Assembly (NCBI GenBank): GCA_035253865.1
Contig: DATFBL010000055.1
Span: forward strand, 1-53,418
Direction: 5' to 3'
Source of the DNA: Nitrososphaeraceae archaeon
Lineage (GTDB): Archaea; Thermoproteota; Nitrososphaeria; Nitrososphaerales; Nitrososphaeraceae
DNA length: 53,418 nt
The position numbers and the translations under genes are program-made. Below the pieces are notes generated by a model. The model worked only from the letters and a program-made list of their open reading frames with translations, did no database searches and was not told where the DNA came from. This document shows positions 20,683-30,479 of this stretch, piece by piece; within the stretch, counting starts at the first letter, position 1; every line of letters starts with the position of its first letter.

Positions 20683-21426
20683 CTAACTAGGAATTTCCAG
20701 TAGAACTTGATTTATTGCACCTTCAAAGACAGAATAAGGTTGAGCACCTACAATTTTTGCCATGGGTTTTCCGTCAGCGATAAGGATGAATGTTGGAGTA
20801 CTTGTCAAGCCATACATACGTGCTAGATTATCATTTGTGGTTACTAGACTTTGATATTTTTTTGAATCAAGACATGATGAAAATTTGTTTATATCAGTAA
20901 CACCAGCATATACAGCAAATTGTGTTAAACTATTTTTTGATACCCAATCAGTGTTCTCTCCTTTTGAATTTCTATATACCTCGTCATGATATGGCCAATA
21001 TTTCCCCTGTTCTGCGGCGCAATAAGATCCAATGGCGGCAAGAGTCGATAACTTGTCTGCTGGCCTGTCATTTATGACAAAATCCTTAAACAAAAAGTTA
21101 ATCTTTCCCGTATTTATATAATTATTGACGATTAGATCCTTTGTATCTCTATGAAACCTTGCACAATATTGACATTGATAATCACCAAATTCTAATAAAG
21201 TTATATTGGATTTAGAGGTCCCAAGTGCAGATGCGTTTTGAACTATTGGCTGTAGTAACATCGTAAGCTGTTCAGGGTCTTCTTGATTTTGGGCCGTATT
21301 GTTTTGTCCCATATTCAAAAACAAAGTTATTGAACCACCAATTAATATCACACCAAAAACCACTGCCCACATTAGAGATTTCTTTTTAATTCCCTTGGGA
21401 TTCGATTTCTTTACCTTTCGCCTCAA
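20683..21426 (-). CDS. Membrane-anchored DsbA-family thiol-disulfide oxidoreductase
   Basis: N-terminal TM, EFGDYQCQYC, cis-Pro STPTF, GAQPY. Confidence 0.9.
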   Translation of the reverse strand: MRRKVKKSNPKGIKKKSLMWAVVFGVILIGGSITLFLNMGQNNTAQNQEDPEQLTMLLQPIVQNASALGTSKSNITLLEFGDYQCQYCARFHRDTKDLIVNNYINTGKINFLFKDFVINDRPADKLSTLAAIGSYCAAEQGKYWPYHDEVYRNSKGENTDWVSKNSLTQFAVYAGVTDINKFSSCLDSKKYQSLVTTNDNLARMYGLTSTPTFILIADGKPMAKIVGAQPYSVFEGAINQVLLEIPS

Positions 21427-21506
21427 TATGCTATTGTTGATTTCAGTAGCATAAAAACTATAGTAAACGAACTATATGCGCTTAAATTTAAGCAACATTC
21501 CCTCAG

Positions 21507-21944
21507 CTACTTTTGCGAACCATTTATCGCATCCCAGCATTTTCTACATAACTGTCCATCTATTTTCCATTTTGGTTTTGGATTATATCTTATGAAACCA
21601 ATTTTTTTTCCACATTTCGCACAAAAATTTTCTTTTGTTTGATAGTCTTGTTCTTTTTGATCATAGCACTTTTCGCACAAGAAAATATCATTTTCCATAC
21701 CCCACTGCCATCTTGCTTTCTTTTTTTTCTCTTGGTCGATAATATTATGACAAATAAAGCATTGGTTTCGCTTTTTGATCAGCTGTTCTTCCTGTTCTTG
21801 CTGTTTAATAATAAATTCCTTCGTTGTTTTCATGTTACACTCGCTACAAAGATAGCCTGTAATATTCCAAGATTTTTCTGGTTTATATCTAAACTTAAGA
21901 TCCCTGTTGCATAAAGTACATGTCTGAGGTTTCCTAAACTGCAA
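21507..21944 (-). CDS. Triple-repeat zinc-finger protein
   Basis: Three copies of CxxC...W-x-x-x-x-x-LCxxC. Confidence 0.8.
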   Translation of the reverse strand: MQFRKPQTCTLCNRDLKFRYKPEKSWNITGYLCSECNMKTTKEFIIKQQEQEEQLIKKRNQCFICHNIIDQEKKKKARWQWGMENDIFLCEKCYDQKEQDYQTKENFCAKCGKKIGFIRYNPKPKWKIDGQLCRKCWDAINGSQK

Positions 21945-22023
21945 ACATTATTTTTTCCAGTATCTTGTAAAAAAATGTATCTTTATATTTACAAAGTTAA
22001 TTCTGTTTGGAATTTACTTTAAT

Positions 22024-22434
22024 TTATCGATTACCATCAAACGATATGACTTGTTTCTTTCCATATTTTGTGAATAATTCCTCGAATCTGCTAAACTTTG
22101 CAGAGTGCAAGTTACCATTAACGTCATACATCTTGATAAAATTAGCACGCATTGCAATATTGCCTTTTGAATCAAAGAATCTGACACTATATCCATTCAT
22201 ACCACTCTCTCTATTTTCTGTTACAAATTTTGCAGTTTTTACATTGTCAATATTCAAATGTATATGCCAAGATTTATCTTCGTTACCTATAGTCATCCAT
22301 TTGTCTTTTATACGAACAGGAAGTCCCCTCTCAGTTCTGACTTCACAAATTCCACTCCCACTGTTTATCGATAATATAATATCATCAATGCTCAGTATAT
22401 CGGAAACTAGTTCTTTGATGATGTTCTGAGACAT
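22024..22434 (-). CDS. HutX/ChuX/HemS-fold putative heme-binding carrier
   Basis: GICEV, WHIHLNID, AKFV, YSVRFFDSKG pattern typical of HutX/HemS half-domains. Confidence 0.65.
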   Translation of the reverse strand: MSQNIIKELVSDILSIDDIILSINSGSGICEVRTERGLPVRIKDKWMTIGNEDKSWHIHLNIDNVKTAKFVTENRESGMNGYSVRFFDSKGNIAMRANFIKMYDVNGNLHSAKFSRFEELFTKYGKKQVISFDGNR

Positions 22435-22701
22435 TAAAGAATATTTTCAAAGTGGTTCAATAAAAATATGCGGTAGGAATATTATTTCAAACAAAATTGC
22501 ACTATAGATATATTGATATGACTAGGATGGATCTTGTAATATTTCCAATTGCTTAAGAAAATATTTGATTAGTTTTTTCAATCCATCATTTAGTCTTACA
22601 GTCAGTTATGTCTATTCTAACATGATATAAAATTAAAGTGCGGTTAAAGTATAGAAATAATGTTTTTTATATCATGTTCTTGATATCCCTTCTGACAGGT
22701 A

Positions 22702-23685
22702 TTGTCTGAGAAGCTTTCTGAAAGAAAATCGTCAGCTGAATATGAATGGCAGGTTACTGAGAAAATCCGGGAAACACATGATACATATACTTACACTTTG
22801 ACTCCTATTTCTGCCTCGCAGAGATTTAATTTTGGGATAGGCCAATTTGTAACTTTGAGTGCAATGCTCAAGAGGCCCCTAGCAACAGGAGGTTTTGAGG
22901 AGAGCATGGTTAATCGAGCTTACTCAATCGCATCGTCACCAACAAGAGACCTTGTTGAACTCACGATCAAGGAAGAAAAACCATATGGTTATATCAACCC
23001 GGCTACAGGAAAATCAGATGCCTTTGCTGCGTATTTTAATGAGCAGGTAAAGATCGGTGATAAGATCAAATTGAAATTAAATCCATCTAAGGAACATTTC
23101 TTATCGAAAGTAGATTCGGGAATTGAGAAGAACATAGCCTATTGGTCTGGTGCAAACGGAGCTCAATCTGCAAGATGCTTGATTCAATAAATGGAGGATA
23201 AGAAGGATCCTGAGCAAAACCTTGTACTATTTTACAGTAACACCAAGTTAGGCATAGAAAGTGCAACCTCCAAAATCAACGATAGTGAGCACCATGCGAC
23301 TGAATCCTTGAATGTTATCTACTATCATTGGTTAATAGAGGCCGTAAAAAAACTTGACAATCTGAAGGTCATATTTACATTCACAAGGGAACAAGATATT
23401 CCCATTGCATCTAAGGACTCGAGAGTTATTTTTAGGAAAGGAAGATTCTTCGTAAATCCTGATGGTACGCCAGAGAGAACTTTATCTAAATACGGTAACA
23501 ATATTGAAACATCATTTAATCCTGTTTGTGGTAGTAGCGCATTCATAAACGGCACAGTAAGGTTACCAGATGGGAAGATAAATAAAGGAAAAGGAATTTT
23601 GCAAAATTTGATAGAGCTGGAAGGAATAATGCCGGAAAAGACCGATAAGGAACAGTTTTACCTACAGCAAGTTGGCGCTAACTAG
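22702..23685 (+). pseudogene. Ferredoxin-NADP reductase-like FAD/NAD(P) oxidoreductase interrupted by one in-frame TAA (23188-23190)
   Basis: GQFV, RAYSIAS (FAD), GANG, LFYSN, VCGS, terminal EQFY; ORFs 22702-23190 and 23191-23685 are in the same frame (CAA TAA ATG). Confidence 0.75.
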
Positions 23686-23833
23686 TGAAGTGACTAGATC
23701 ATTTCCCATATTACAAATTTTTTGAAATTATCAACCAATCTGATAAATGATTATTGAATAAATTAGGTGAAGAATTAGCTATAAAATATTGTGCCAACAG
23801 TTATTTGTATTAACTTTTAGAAGATATAGACAT

Positions 23834-24280
23834 ATGAATTTGAAGAACGAAATGTCAATTGCTGTCGTTTTTCTTGCGGCATCTATCATCTTTGTATCGT
23901 CAACTCCATTGGCAAATAATGTCTTTGCACAAACTGAAGGAGAAATGGCAATCAGTGAATCAAGCAGCCATTCAATCAGTGAATCAAGCAACGCAAACTA
24001 CGAAAATTTCCTGAATTGTCTGTCCGATGCCGGCGGTAAAAATAGTGTTCCAGCTGGTAATCAGATAGTAAATTGTCTTGTAGAAAGTGGCTATGTTCAA
24101 GGAAGTTCTAGTATGAGTAACGATGTGGATAAAGAAGACGAATCTAGAAACCAAGTAAGTGCAGTAGGCGATGAAACTGAACAGGAAAAAACGGAAAATG
24201 TAAAAGTAAGTGTAGTAGGCGATGAAACTGAAGAAGACAATGATGAAGAAGACGATGATGAAGAAGACGATGATGAATAG
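23834..24280 (+). CDS. Secreted protein with internal repeats and poly-acidic tail
   Basis: Signal peptide ending VFA; repeats ISESS x2 and VSxVGDETE x2; E/D tail. Confidence 0.7.
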   Translation: MNLKNEMSIAVVFLAASIIFVSSTPLANNVFAQTEGEMAISESSSHSISESSNANYENFLNCLSDAGGKNSVPAGNQIVNCLVESGYVQGSSSMSNDVDKEDESRNQVSAVGDETEQEKTENVKVSVVGDETEEDNDEEDDDEEDDDE

Positions 24281-24392
24281 AATAACTACAAATTGATCTT
24301 AAATAGATCCCCCATTCTTTCTTTTTTTAATATTCTCCCATCTCTCATTCCAAGTAATTCCTAAAGAGAAGGCTTAGTGGATGATTAACTGT

Positions 24393-25274
24393 TCATCCAG
24401 ACTGCATCAGTACCACAACTATCCAAGTTTTAGAAAGTATACTTGCCGGAGCATAAGAGGCGAAAAATTTCGTACCATTAATCATCTCTGAGACATTTCC
24501 GGATTTTCCGGATTTTCCGGATTTAAAGCTATCAAGGTTTTCAAAGGACTCCGACTTGTTTGACGGAAGAGAATTTGAATCGGCTACTTTTTGACCATTA
24601 CCATCCAGGAATACAACTCTTAAATCGTCTGGAAGACTCAAAGCTCGAAGCATGTTATTAAATTTAACAAGATTTAGTACACCACTCCAGATGCCTACTA
24701 ATGATGAGTCCTCTTTCAGATATATTGGAACAGAAATAAGTGCAACTTTATCTCCAGTAGAAGATGATACAATTACATCTCCAAGAAATGCTTGCTTTGT
24801 ACTCACTGCTCCTTGATAGTATTCCCTATATGCAAAGTTGCCTCTACTTTGACCTAGTTGTCTGTCATATGGTTCTTCCATATACATATCTCCGTTGGGA
24901 AGTAAGAACGTAATCGCCTCAAAAGTATCAGTATATTTCAAAATGTTATCCGCTATGTGTCGTTTCTCAACGTCTTCACTCTTAGAAATTCCATGTAAAC
25001 TGCTATTGATTTTGTCCATATTTTGTATATTGCTAACTTCTGGTAACATGCTAGTTAATTGCAATACTGATGCCGATTCATTTAGATAGTTTACTAGATT
25101 ATCAGATAATATTCTTGCCAGTGTCCCGTTGTTTGCAAGCTGGTAAAGTGAAGAGTTGGTATTTTTGGTATTCTCCTGAGCATCTACATAACCTATGATC
25201 TGTGTCCAGCCCATGTAACTACAAGAAATAATTGCTATTGACATCATCAAAGTAAACGTGATAACTTTCCACAT
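24393..25274 (-). CDS. Stand-alone extracellular Cache (dCache-like) domain protein
   Basis: Signal peptide; NFAYREYYQGA, GDVIVSSSTG, ISVPI, LDGNG..AD, terminal WIVVV strand; no second TM or output domain. Confidence 0.8.
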   Translation of the reverse strand: MWKVITFTLMMSIAIISCSYMGWTQIIGYVDAQENTKNTNSSLYQLANNGTLARILSDNLVNYLNESASVLQLTSMLPEVSNIQNMDKINSSLHGISKSEDVEKRHIADNILKYTDTFEAITFLLPNGDMYMEEPYDRQLGQSRGNFAYREYYQGAVSTKQAFLGDVIVSSSTGDKVALISVPIYLKEDSSLVGIWSGVLNLVKFNNMLRALSLPDDLRVVFLDGNGQKVADSNSLPSNKSESFENLDSFKSGKSGKSGNVSEMINGTKFFASYAPASILSKTWIVVVLMQSG

Positions 25275-25428
25275 ATCGAATACAGTGCATGATTACATGT
25301 ATATAATTTTTTAAATTTAATTATTTCAAACGTATTAAGGTTATCTAAAAATTCTTATTTGTATTTTAGTTTAGGAACGATATACAGAATTGAGGTATAT
25401 TATAGACATTAGCTTTGTACAGTATAAT

Positions 25429-26280
25429 TTATTCAGTGGGCCAAGAGGTCAGAATTCGTTCCTTGCATATTTCCAGATAGCTCTTATCGATATCAAAGCC
25501 TATGCATGAAACTCCCAATCCTATTGATGCCAATGCAGTTGAACCTATTCCTATGAATGGATCTAGCACTACTTTACATTTATTCAGTCCATGGAGTTTA
25601 ATGCACATTTCTGGTAGCTTACTTGGAAAGGTAGAAGGATGTGGCCTTTGTTTTTTGTCCCAAATGGTTTCATACGGAATAAACCAAGTATTACCGCGAT
25701 CTCTTTTATCCGCGGTTGCCTTTTTCCAACGACCAATATTTGTCTTATCTTGATAAGGAACTCCAGCAGAAAGTTTATCTAATTTAACATTACCATTTTT
25801 AGTAAAATGGAAGATATATTCATAACAATCATTCAGATACCTATCACTAGTAAGTGGTTTAAAATGTCCGACTGCAATGTCTGATAATATGGCGGGATAT
25901 TTTCCTACATCCGATTTTGGAATAGCAATGGACTTTACCCAAATGATGACATTTTGTAATGTGAAATGCTCTCTTAATACATTTGCAGCGTCAAAAGGTA
26001 TCCACGGATCAGAAGGCTTGCTACCAATATTAATAAAGAAAGAGCCCTCATCTGATAGGACTTTTTTGATTGTTTTACCTACATTTGCCAGGAATCTCAA
26101 ATAATTATTTCTCGGTAGAGTATCTTTGTAGCGATTGTATCTAACACCGATATTATATGGGGGGGAAGTAACAACGACATCAATCGTTTTCTCCAAAAGA
26201 TTATTTCCAATCCCACTAATACAATCCCCGTGAAATAGTTTAACAGAAATTCCTTTTTGTACAATATCAAAAACTTTCAA
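25429..26280 (-). CDS. Beta-class N4/N6 DNA methyltransferase, orphan
   Basis: Motif IV VTSPPYN precedes motif [11 protein letters not shown]; HPSTFP. Confidence 0.92.
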   Translation of the reverse strand: MKVFDIVQKGISVKLFHGDCISGIGNNLLEKTIDVVVTSPPYNIGVRYNRYKDTLPRNNYLRFLANVGKTIKKVLSDEGSFFINIGSKPSDPWIPFDAANVLREHFTLQNVIIWVKSIAIPKSDVGKYPAILSDIAVGHFKPLTSDRYLNDCYEYIFHFTKNGNVKLDKLSAGVPYQDKTNIGRWKKATADKRDRGNTWFIPYETIWDKKQRPHPSTFPSKLPEMCIKLHGLNKCKVVLDPFIGIGSTALASIGLGVSCIGFDIDKSYLEICKERILTSWPTE

Positions 26281-26406
26281 AGGAACTTCATGCCTAATTT
26301 TGATTCATCTTCTTTTCATATTTTGAAAGGGAAAGGCCAAATTAATTTGTATTAACTCACTGCTCTAGGAAACAGGAAAAAAGAATTAAAAATTTAAGGA
26401 GGATTC

Positions 26407-26778
26407 TTAGATCAAAACAAGATCATCTACTGAGGATATCATAACAACTGCTTTGTTCCCTTCTAGACCTTTCTTCATCCTACTTACAACCTCTTCAACA
26501 TCTGAGGAATTGACAACAGTGGCAATAACTTTTCTAGAATTATACGTCAGTTCAACTGTACCACTTCCTCTACCTGATGCGACCATTTCCTTATCTTTGG
26601 TTACTCCCTTTACGTCATAGATTGTGGCCTCCAGATTTAGTTCTTTTAATGAAGAAATGATATCACGAACATTCTCAGATTTAACCAGTACAGCAAGTCT
26701 CTTCATAGTTCTCGGTTCTTTTCCTGGCTTCTGTGCATATGTTACTTCAAAAGGCAATGTCGTATTGTCTTCAACCAT
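26407..26778 (-). CDS. Divergent PII (GlnB/GlnK)-like protein
   Basis: MKRLAVLVK...DVKG...SGRG...RKVIATVV...EEVV...ISSVDD topology. Confidence 0.75.
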   Translation of the reverse strand: MVEDNTTLPFEVTYAQKPGKEPRTMKRLAVLVKSENVRDIISSLKELNLEATIYDVKGVTKDKEMVASGRGSGTVELTYNSRKVIATVVNSSDVEEVVSRMKKGLEGNKAVVMISSVDDLVLI

Positions 26779-26978
26779 TTCTTTAAAGTAGAAATGCGAA
26801 GTATAAAAAGTTGATGTAAATAAATTGGTAATTAGATCTGACGCAAGGAAATGATACCTCTTTTGATATAATGGACTTTATGAAGATATAAGATCACTGC
26901 TATCCACTGTAAGTTTGGAGTTCGATGCCAAAACTGCTCAAAGCTAATTAATGAATAACTTAACCGATATAGTAATCA

Positions 26979-27377
26979 GTGGGATTAACTAATGTAACGA
27001 GTATGAATACGATGATTAAAGGACTAATTTTTGGTGCTGCTGCCTCTACTTTCATTCCAGGAATTCTACATTTGGCGCTTGTTCCAATGTATCTTGGTCA
27101 AATGACTATCGAGGTAACGATATTCTTTATAGCTTCTGGTCTGGCTCAGCTTTTCTGGATTTTGCCCACTGTCAAGAAATGGATAATGCCCTGGTATTAT
27201 ATCGGTATAGGTGGAACGATAGTCTTGATTGTGTTATGGATAGTGTACATACCTGGAGGCGGACATTCAATAGATGTTATGAGTGCTGTTATCGAAGCTT
27301 TCCAAATCACTTTCGTAATTTTGAGTGTATTAATAATTAAGAAAGGTAAACAAGAATCGATCAAGTCTGGAATATAA
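26979..27377 (+). CDS. Conserved 4-TM membrane protein
   Basis: GILHL, FFIASGLAQLFW, WYYIGIGG. Confidence 0.75.
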   Translation: MGLTNVTSMNTMIKGLIFGAAASTFIPGILHLALVPMYLGQMTIEVTIFFIASGLAQLFWILPTVKKWIMPWYYIGIGGTIVLIVLWIVYIPGGGHSIDVMSAVIEAFQITFVILSVLIIKKGKQESIKSGI

Positions 27378-27503
27378 TATGACATCTTTACTCTGTGTTG
27401 AAACATACCTTGAATACCATAGATACAGAAAAAATCCGAATTTTATTGAAGGTATTATTTCAATTTTATATGAATTATTAAAATTGGAAAAATTGATTAT
27501 TCG

Positions 27504-27890
27504 CTAAGAACCGTTTTGAAGGATAGATAAGAAATTTCCAGACGGATCTTTGAACCATGCTATCTTCGGTTTCCCCTGGAAAACTCCCCTGTCATCCGTT
27601 TTTAGGTCGCCCTTATCATATATTTCAAAACGAATTCCCATCTTGGTCAATTCATCTACTTTTTTATCAACGTCGTCAACCATAAAATTCAGTACAGTAA
27701 ATGTTGCAGGAGTGTGATCTGCTTTGGGATAAATGAATACATCACTAGATCCTTGAGTCTGCAAGCTTAACCCTTCATCTGACTCTGATATCCCTAGTCC
27801 CAAAGTTTGTCCATAAAACTTCTTTGTCTCGTCTAAATCCTTAACTGAAAAACTCGAAAAAGCATATGTATTTTTCAAAACCATATACAA
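27504..27890 (-). CDS. VOC/glyoxalase family protein
   Basis: FYGQTLGL, HTPATFTVLNF, IAWFKDPSGN. Confidence 0.9.
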   Translation of the reverse strand: MYMVLKNTYAFSSFSVKDLDETKKFYGQTLGLGISESDEGLSLQTQGSSDVFIYPKADHTPATFTVLNFMVDDVDKKVDELTKMGIRFEIYDKGDLKTDDRGVFQGKPKIAWFKDPSGNFLSILQNGS

Positions 27891-28073
27891 AAGATTGGCA
27901 AGAATAATTATTAAGAGTTATACAATTTTGCATTGATTTGGCCATTGTTAAGATTCGCGTAGATAAATGTTGAGAATGGAGCACAAACACATGGATTTAA
28001 ATGCAGAGTATCAATACGTCAATTATCCTAATAGTTTTAAATTGACAAGACCCTATTAAAATCCAGCAAGATA

Positions 28074-29378
28074 ATGACTGGGACTCATAAACAGATACTG
28101 TTATTTCCAATATTATTAGTAAATTTCACAAGTACTTTAGGATTCAGTATTATTTTGCCTTTTTTAGTTTTTTTGGTAATGGATTTTGGAGGTAACGCTA
28201 TTGTTTTTGGGATACTCTCTGCAATGTACCCTACCTTCCAATTGATAGGTGCACCGATACTAGGTAGATGGTCTGATATCTATGGAAGAAAAAAAATTTT
28301 GCTAATCAGTAATGTAGGAACATTTGTCGGATGGTTACTGTTCCTCTTTGCATTATTTTTGCCAATCTCAAGACTTTTTGATGTCAACTTTTCTTTAATT
28401 GGAACCTTTGTCATTACGTTACCTCTGTTGATGCTTTTTGTTGCAAGGGCCATTGATGGAATTACCGGAGGAAACGTATCTGTTGCTAATGCTTATCTTG
28501 CTGACATTTCATCAAATGAAGACCGGAGCAGGAATTTTGGAAAGATGGCAATATCGTCTAATTTAGGATTTATTGTAGGTCCCGCGCTGGCAGGGATATT
28601 GGGTGGAACTATTTACGGAGAAATTTTGCCGGTACTGGCCGCAATAATTATTTCCCTAGTTACTTTGATCGTTATACCGTTTACACTAAAGGAATCTAAA
28701 CGTCTATCAAGTCATCTATCAGGTCAAATGCAGATTTTTGAAAGAGGTACTGTCAGAAAGGTTTTTTCTCATGAATGTAAGGACTGCTTTGATTCTAGAG
28801 AGAATAATAATCTATCATTTAAAGAAGTCCTCAAGTTAGAAAAAATTTCAATGTTACTTATAGTTTACTTTCTCATTTTCCTTGGATTTAACATATTCTA
28901 CACGTCATTTCCAATTCATGCAGTAGCAGGTTTAAATTGGTCAGTAACGCAAATTGGAATATTCTTTGCAGTACTAAGTGGAATTATGGTTGCAGTACAA
29001 GGTCCTGTTTTACGAAAGGCCCTCACAAGATTCTCCGAGGAAAAACTCGTAATACTTGGCAACATTATTTTAGGTGTGAATTTTCTCTTGTTCATCTCTA
29101 ACAATGTTATTTTATTGTATGTTGCTGCCGGATTATTTGCGATTGGTAACGGCCTTATGTGGCCATCATTTATGTCTATTCTTTCCTATCGTGCAGGAAC
29201 AACTCATCAGGGTGCAGTACAAGGACTCGCCGGCAGCTTCGGGAGCTTGGCAAGTATCATTGGATTGACTATTGGTGGAATCTTGTATAGCTTGTTTGGA
29301 TCAACAACTTTTCTTTTTAGTGGTATAGTAATATTTGCAGTTTCAATATTGTCATTTAGACTTTTAAAAATGAAATAG
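28074..29378 (+). CDS. MFS transporter, DHA1/TetA-like
   Basis: GRWSDIYGRKK, RAIDGITGGN, AYLADI, GFIVGPALAG. Confidence 0.92.
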   Translation: MTGTHKQILLFPILLVNFTSTLGFSIILPFLVFLVMDFGGNAIVFGILSAMYPTFQLIGAPILGRWSDIYGRKKILLISNVGTFVGWLLFLFALFLPISRLFDVNFSLIGTFVITLPLLMLFVARAIDGITGGNVSVANAYLADISSNEDRSRNFGKMAISSNLGFIVGPALAGILGGTIYGEILPVLAAIIISLVTLIVIPFTLKESKRLSSHLSGQMQIFERGTVRKVFSHECKDCFDSRENNNLSFKEVLKLEKISMLLIVYFLIFLGFNIFYTSFPIHAVAGLNWSVTQIGIFFAVLSGIMVAVQGPVLRKALTRFSEEKLVILGNIILGVNFLLFISNNVILLYVAAGLFAIGNGLMWPSFMSILSYRAGTTHQGAVQGLAGSFGSLASIIGLTIGGILYSLFGSTTFLFSGIVIFAVSILSFRLLKMK

Positions 29379-29430
29379 TATACTTTATTGGTTGTCTAAA
29401 TAATAAAGTTAGATTTAGATGTTGTTTGTT

Positions 29431-29574
29431 CTAGTCCTGAAGATTGCTTACTAAAATTGTCTGGGGGTTTGACCTTTGCAAATCGTAACACTTTGGGCAT
29501 ATCATGCTTCCAAACCAGTATTTTATCGAACTCGTTTTCTTTTCACATAATTCACATCTTGCAAAGTTAAACAT
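29431..29574 (-). CDS. 47-aa C4 zinc-finger micro-protein, absent from the ORF track
   Basis: MFNFARCELCEKKTSSIKYWFGSMICPKCYDLQRSNPQTILVSNLQD*. Confidence 0.65.
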   Translation of the reverse strand: MFNFARCELCEKKTSSIKYWFGSMICPKCYDLQRSNPQTILVSNLQD

Positions 29575-29844
29575 TTAGTTGATATTAGATATGATCTTAT
29601 ATAAAACTTTTCTAGTAGATTTACATTGATGGAACTCGAATTTTTTTCCAAAAATGTTAGATTTGGATATAATTGGGTTGCATTACCATGTCATGTCTTT
29701 TATAACCATGATATTTGATCAGTCTAGATGGGTTAAATTAACCAAATGCCTTGTCCTATAGGCATTTGACGTGACTTGAATTCTTTCAAATTCTTATCCG
29801 GTGCTATTGCCTTTGGGAATGTGGGTAAACGTGTCGTAAAAGAA

Positions 29845-30354
29845 TTATTCTTCTTGATATGCTTTTGTTAGGACGTCGATATCAAGCTTGCTCATCTGTA
29901 GCATTGCTTTCATGACTCTTTCGGTTTTCTTTGAATCTTTGTCTTGTAGCATCTTTATCATGGTGACCGGAACAACTTGCCATGAGAGTCCATATTTGTC
30001 CTTTAACCATCCACATACCTGGGCATTCTTATCACCATCCTCACTAAGTTTATCCCAGTAATAATCAATTTCTTCTTGCGTATCACAATATACCTGAAAT
30101 GAGATAGCTTCATTAAACTTGAATATCGGTCCTCCATTTAGAGCCAAAAATTTCTGTCCCTCTATTTCAAAATCAATTGTCATTACACTGCCTTCCTTTT
30201 TCTTATGGATCTCATAACCTTCTTTTCCATATCGAGTAACGTTACCAATTTTTGCATTTTTAAATATTGAGGTATAAAAATTAACTGCTTCCTCAGCATT
30301 ATCATCAAACCATAAGCACGGATTGATTTTTTGCATTCTAATGTTATTACCCAC
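29845..30354 (-). CDS. VOC family, 3-demethylubiquinone-9 3-methyltransferase-like (PhnB-like)
   Basis: PCLWFD, ALNGGP, CGWLKDKYGLSWQ. Confidence 0.92.
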   Translation of the reverse strand: MGNNIRMQKINPCLWFDDNAEEAVNFYTSIFKNAKIGNVTRYGKEGYEIHKKKEGSVMTIDFEIEGQKFLALNGGPIFKFNEAISFQVYCDTQEEIDYYWDKLSEDGDKNAQVCGWLKDKYGLSWQVVPVTMIKMLQDKDSKKTERVMKAMLQMSKLDIDVLTKAYQEE

Positions 30355-30479
30355 TCATACTATAAATATATACACCAAATGAGAAGAGTGGCCCAAACCT
30401 AAATTGCAATATGTGTTTTCGAAGTCTGAAATTATTTGCGCAAGCTTGATTTCACTATCCAATATAAGATATATTTATT

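Noticed and set aside
23188-23190. Selenocysteine or pyrrolysine recoding at the FNR internal stop
   Set aside because: The codon is TAA, not TGA or TAG, and the position is not an obvious catalytic site
24497-24524. Tandem repeat (ttccggatt) x3
   Set aside because: Encodes KSGKSGKSG within the Cache gene; a simple in-frame slippage
29744-29767. Inverted repeat AAATGCCT-N8-AGGCATTT
   Set aside because: Single AT-rich stem with no assignable role; could be a terminator or chance
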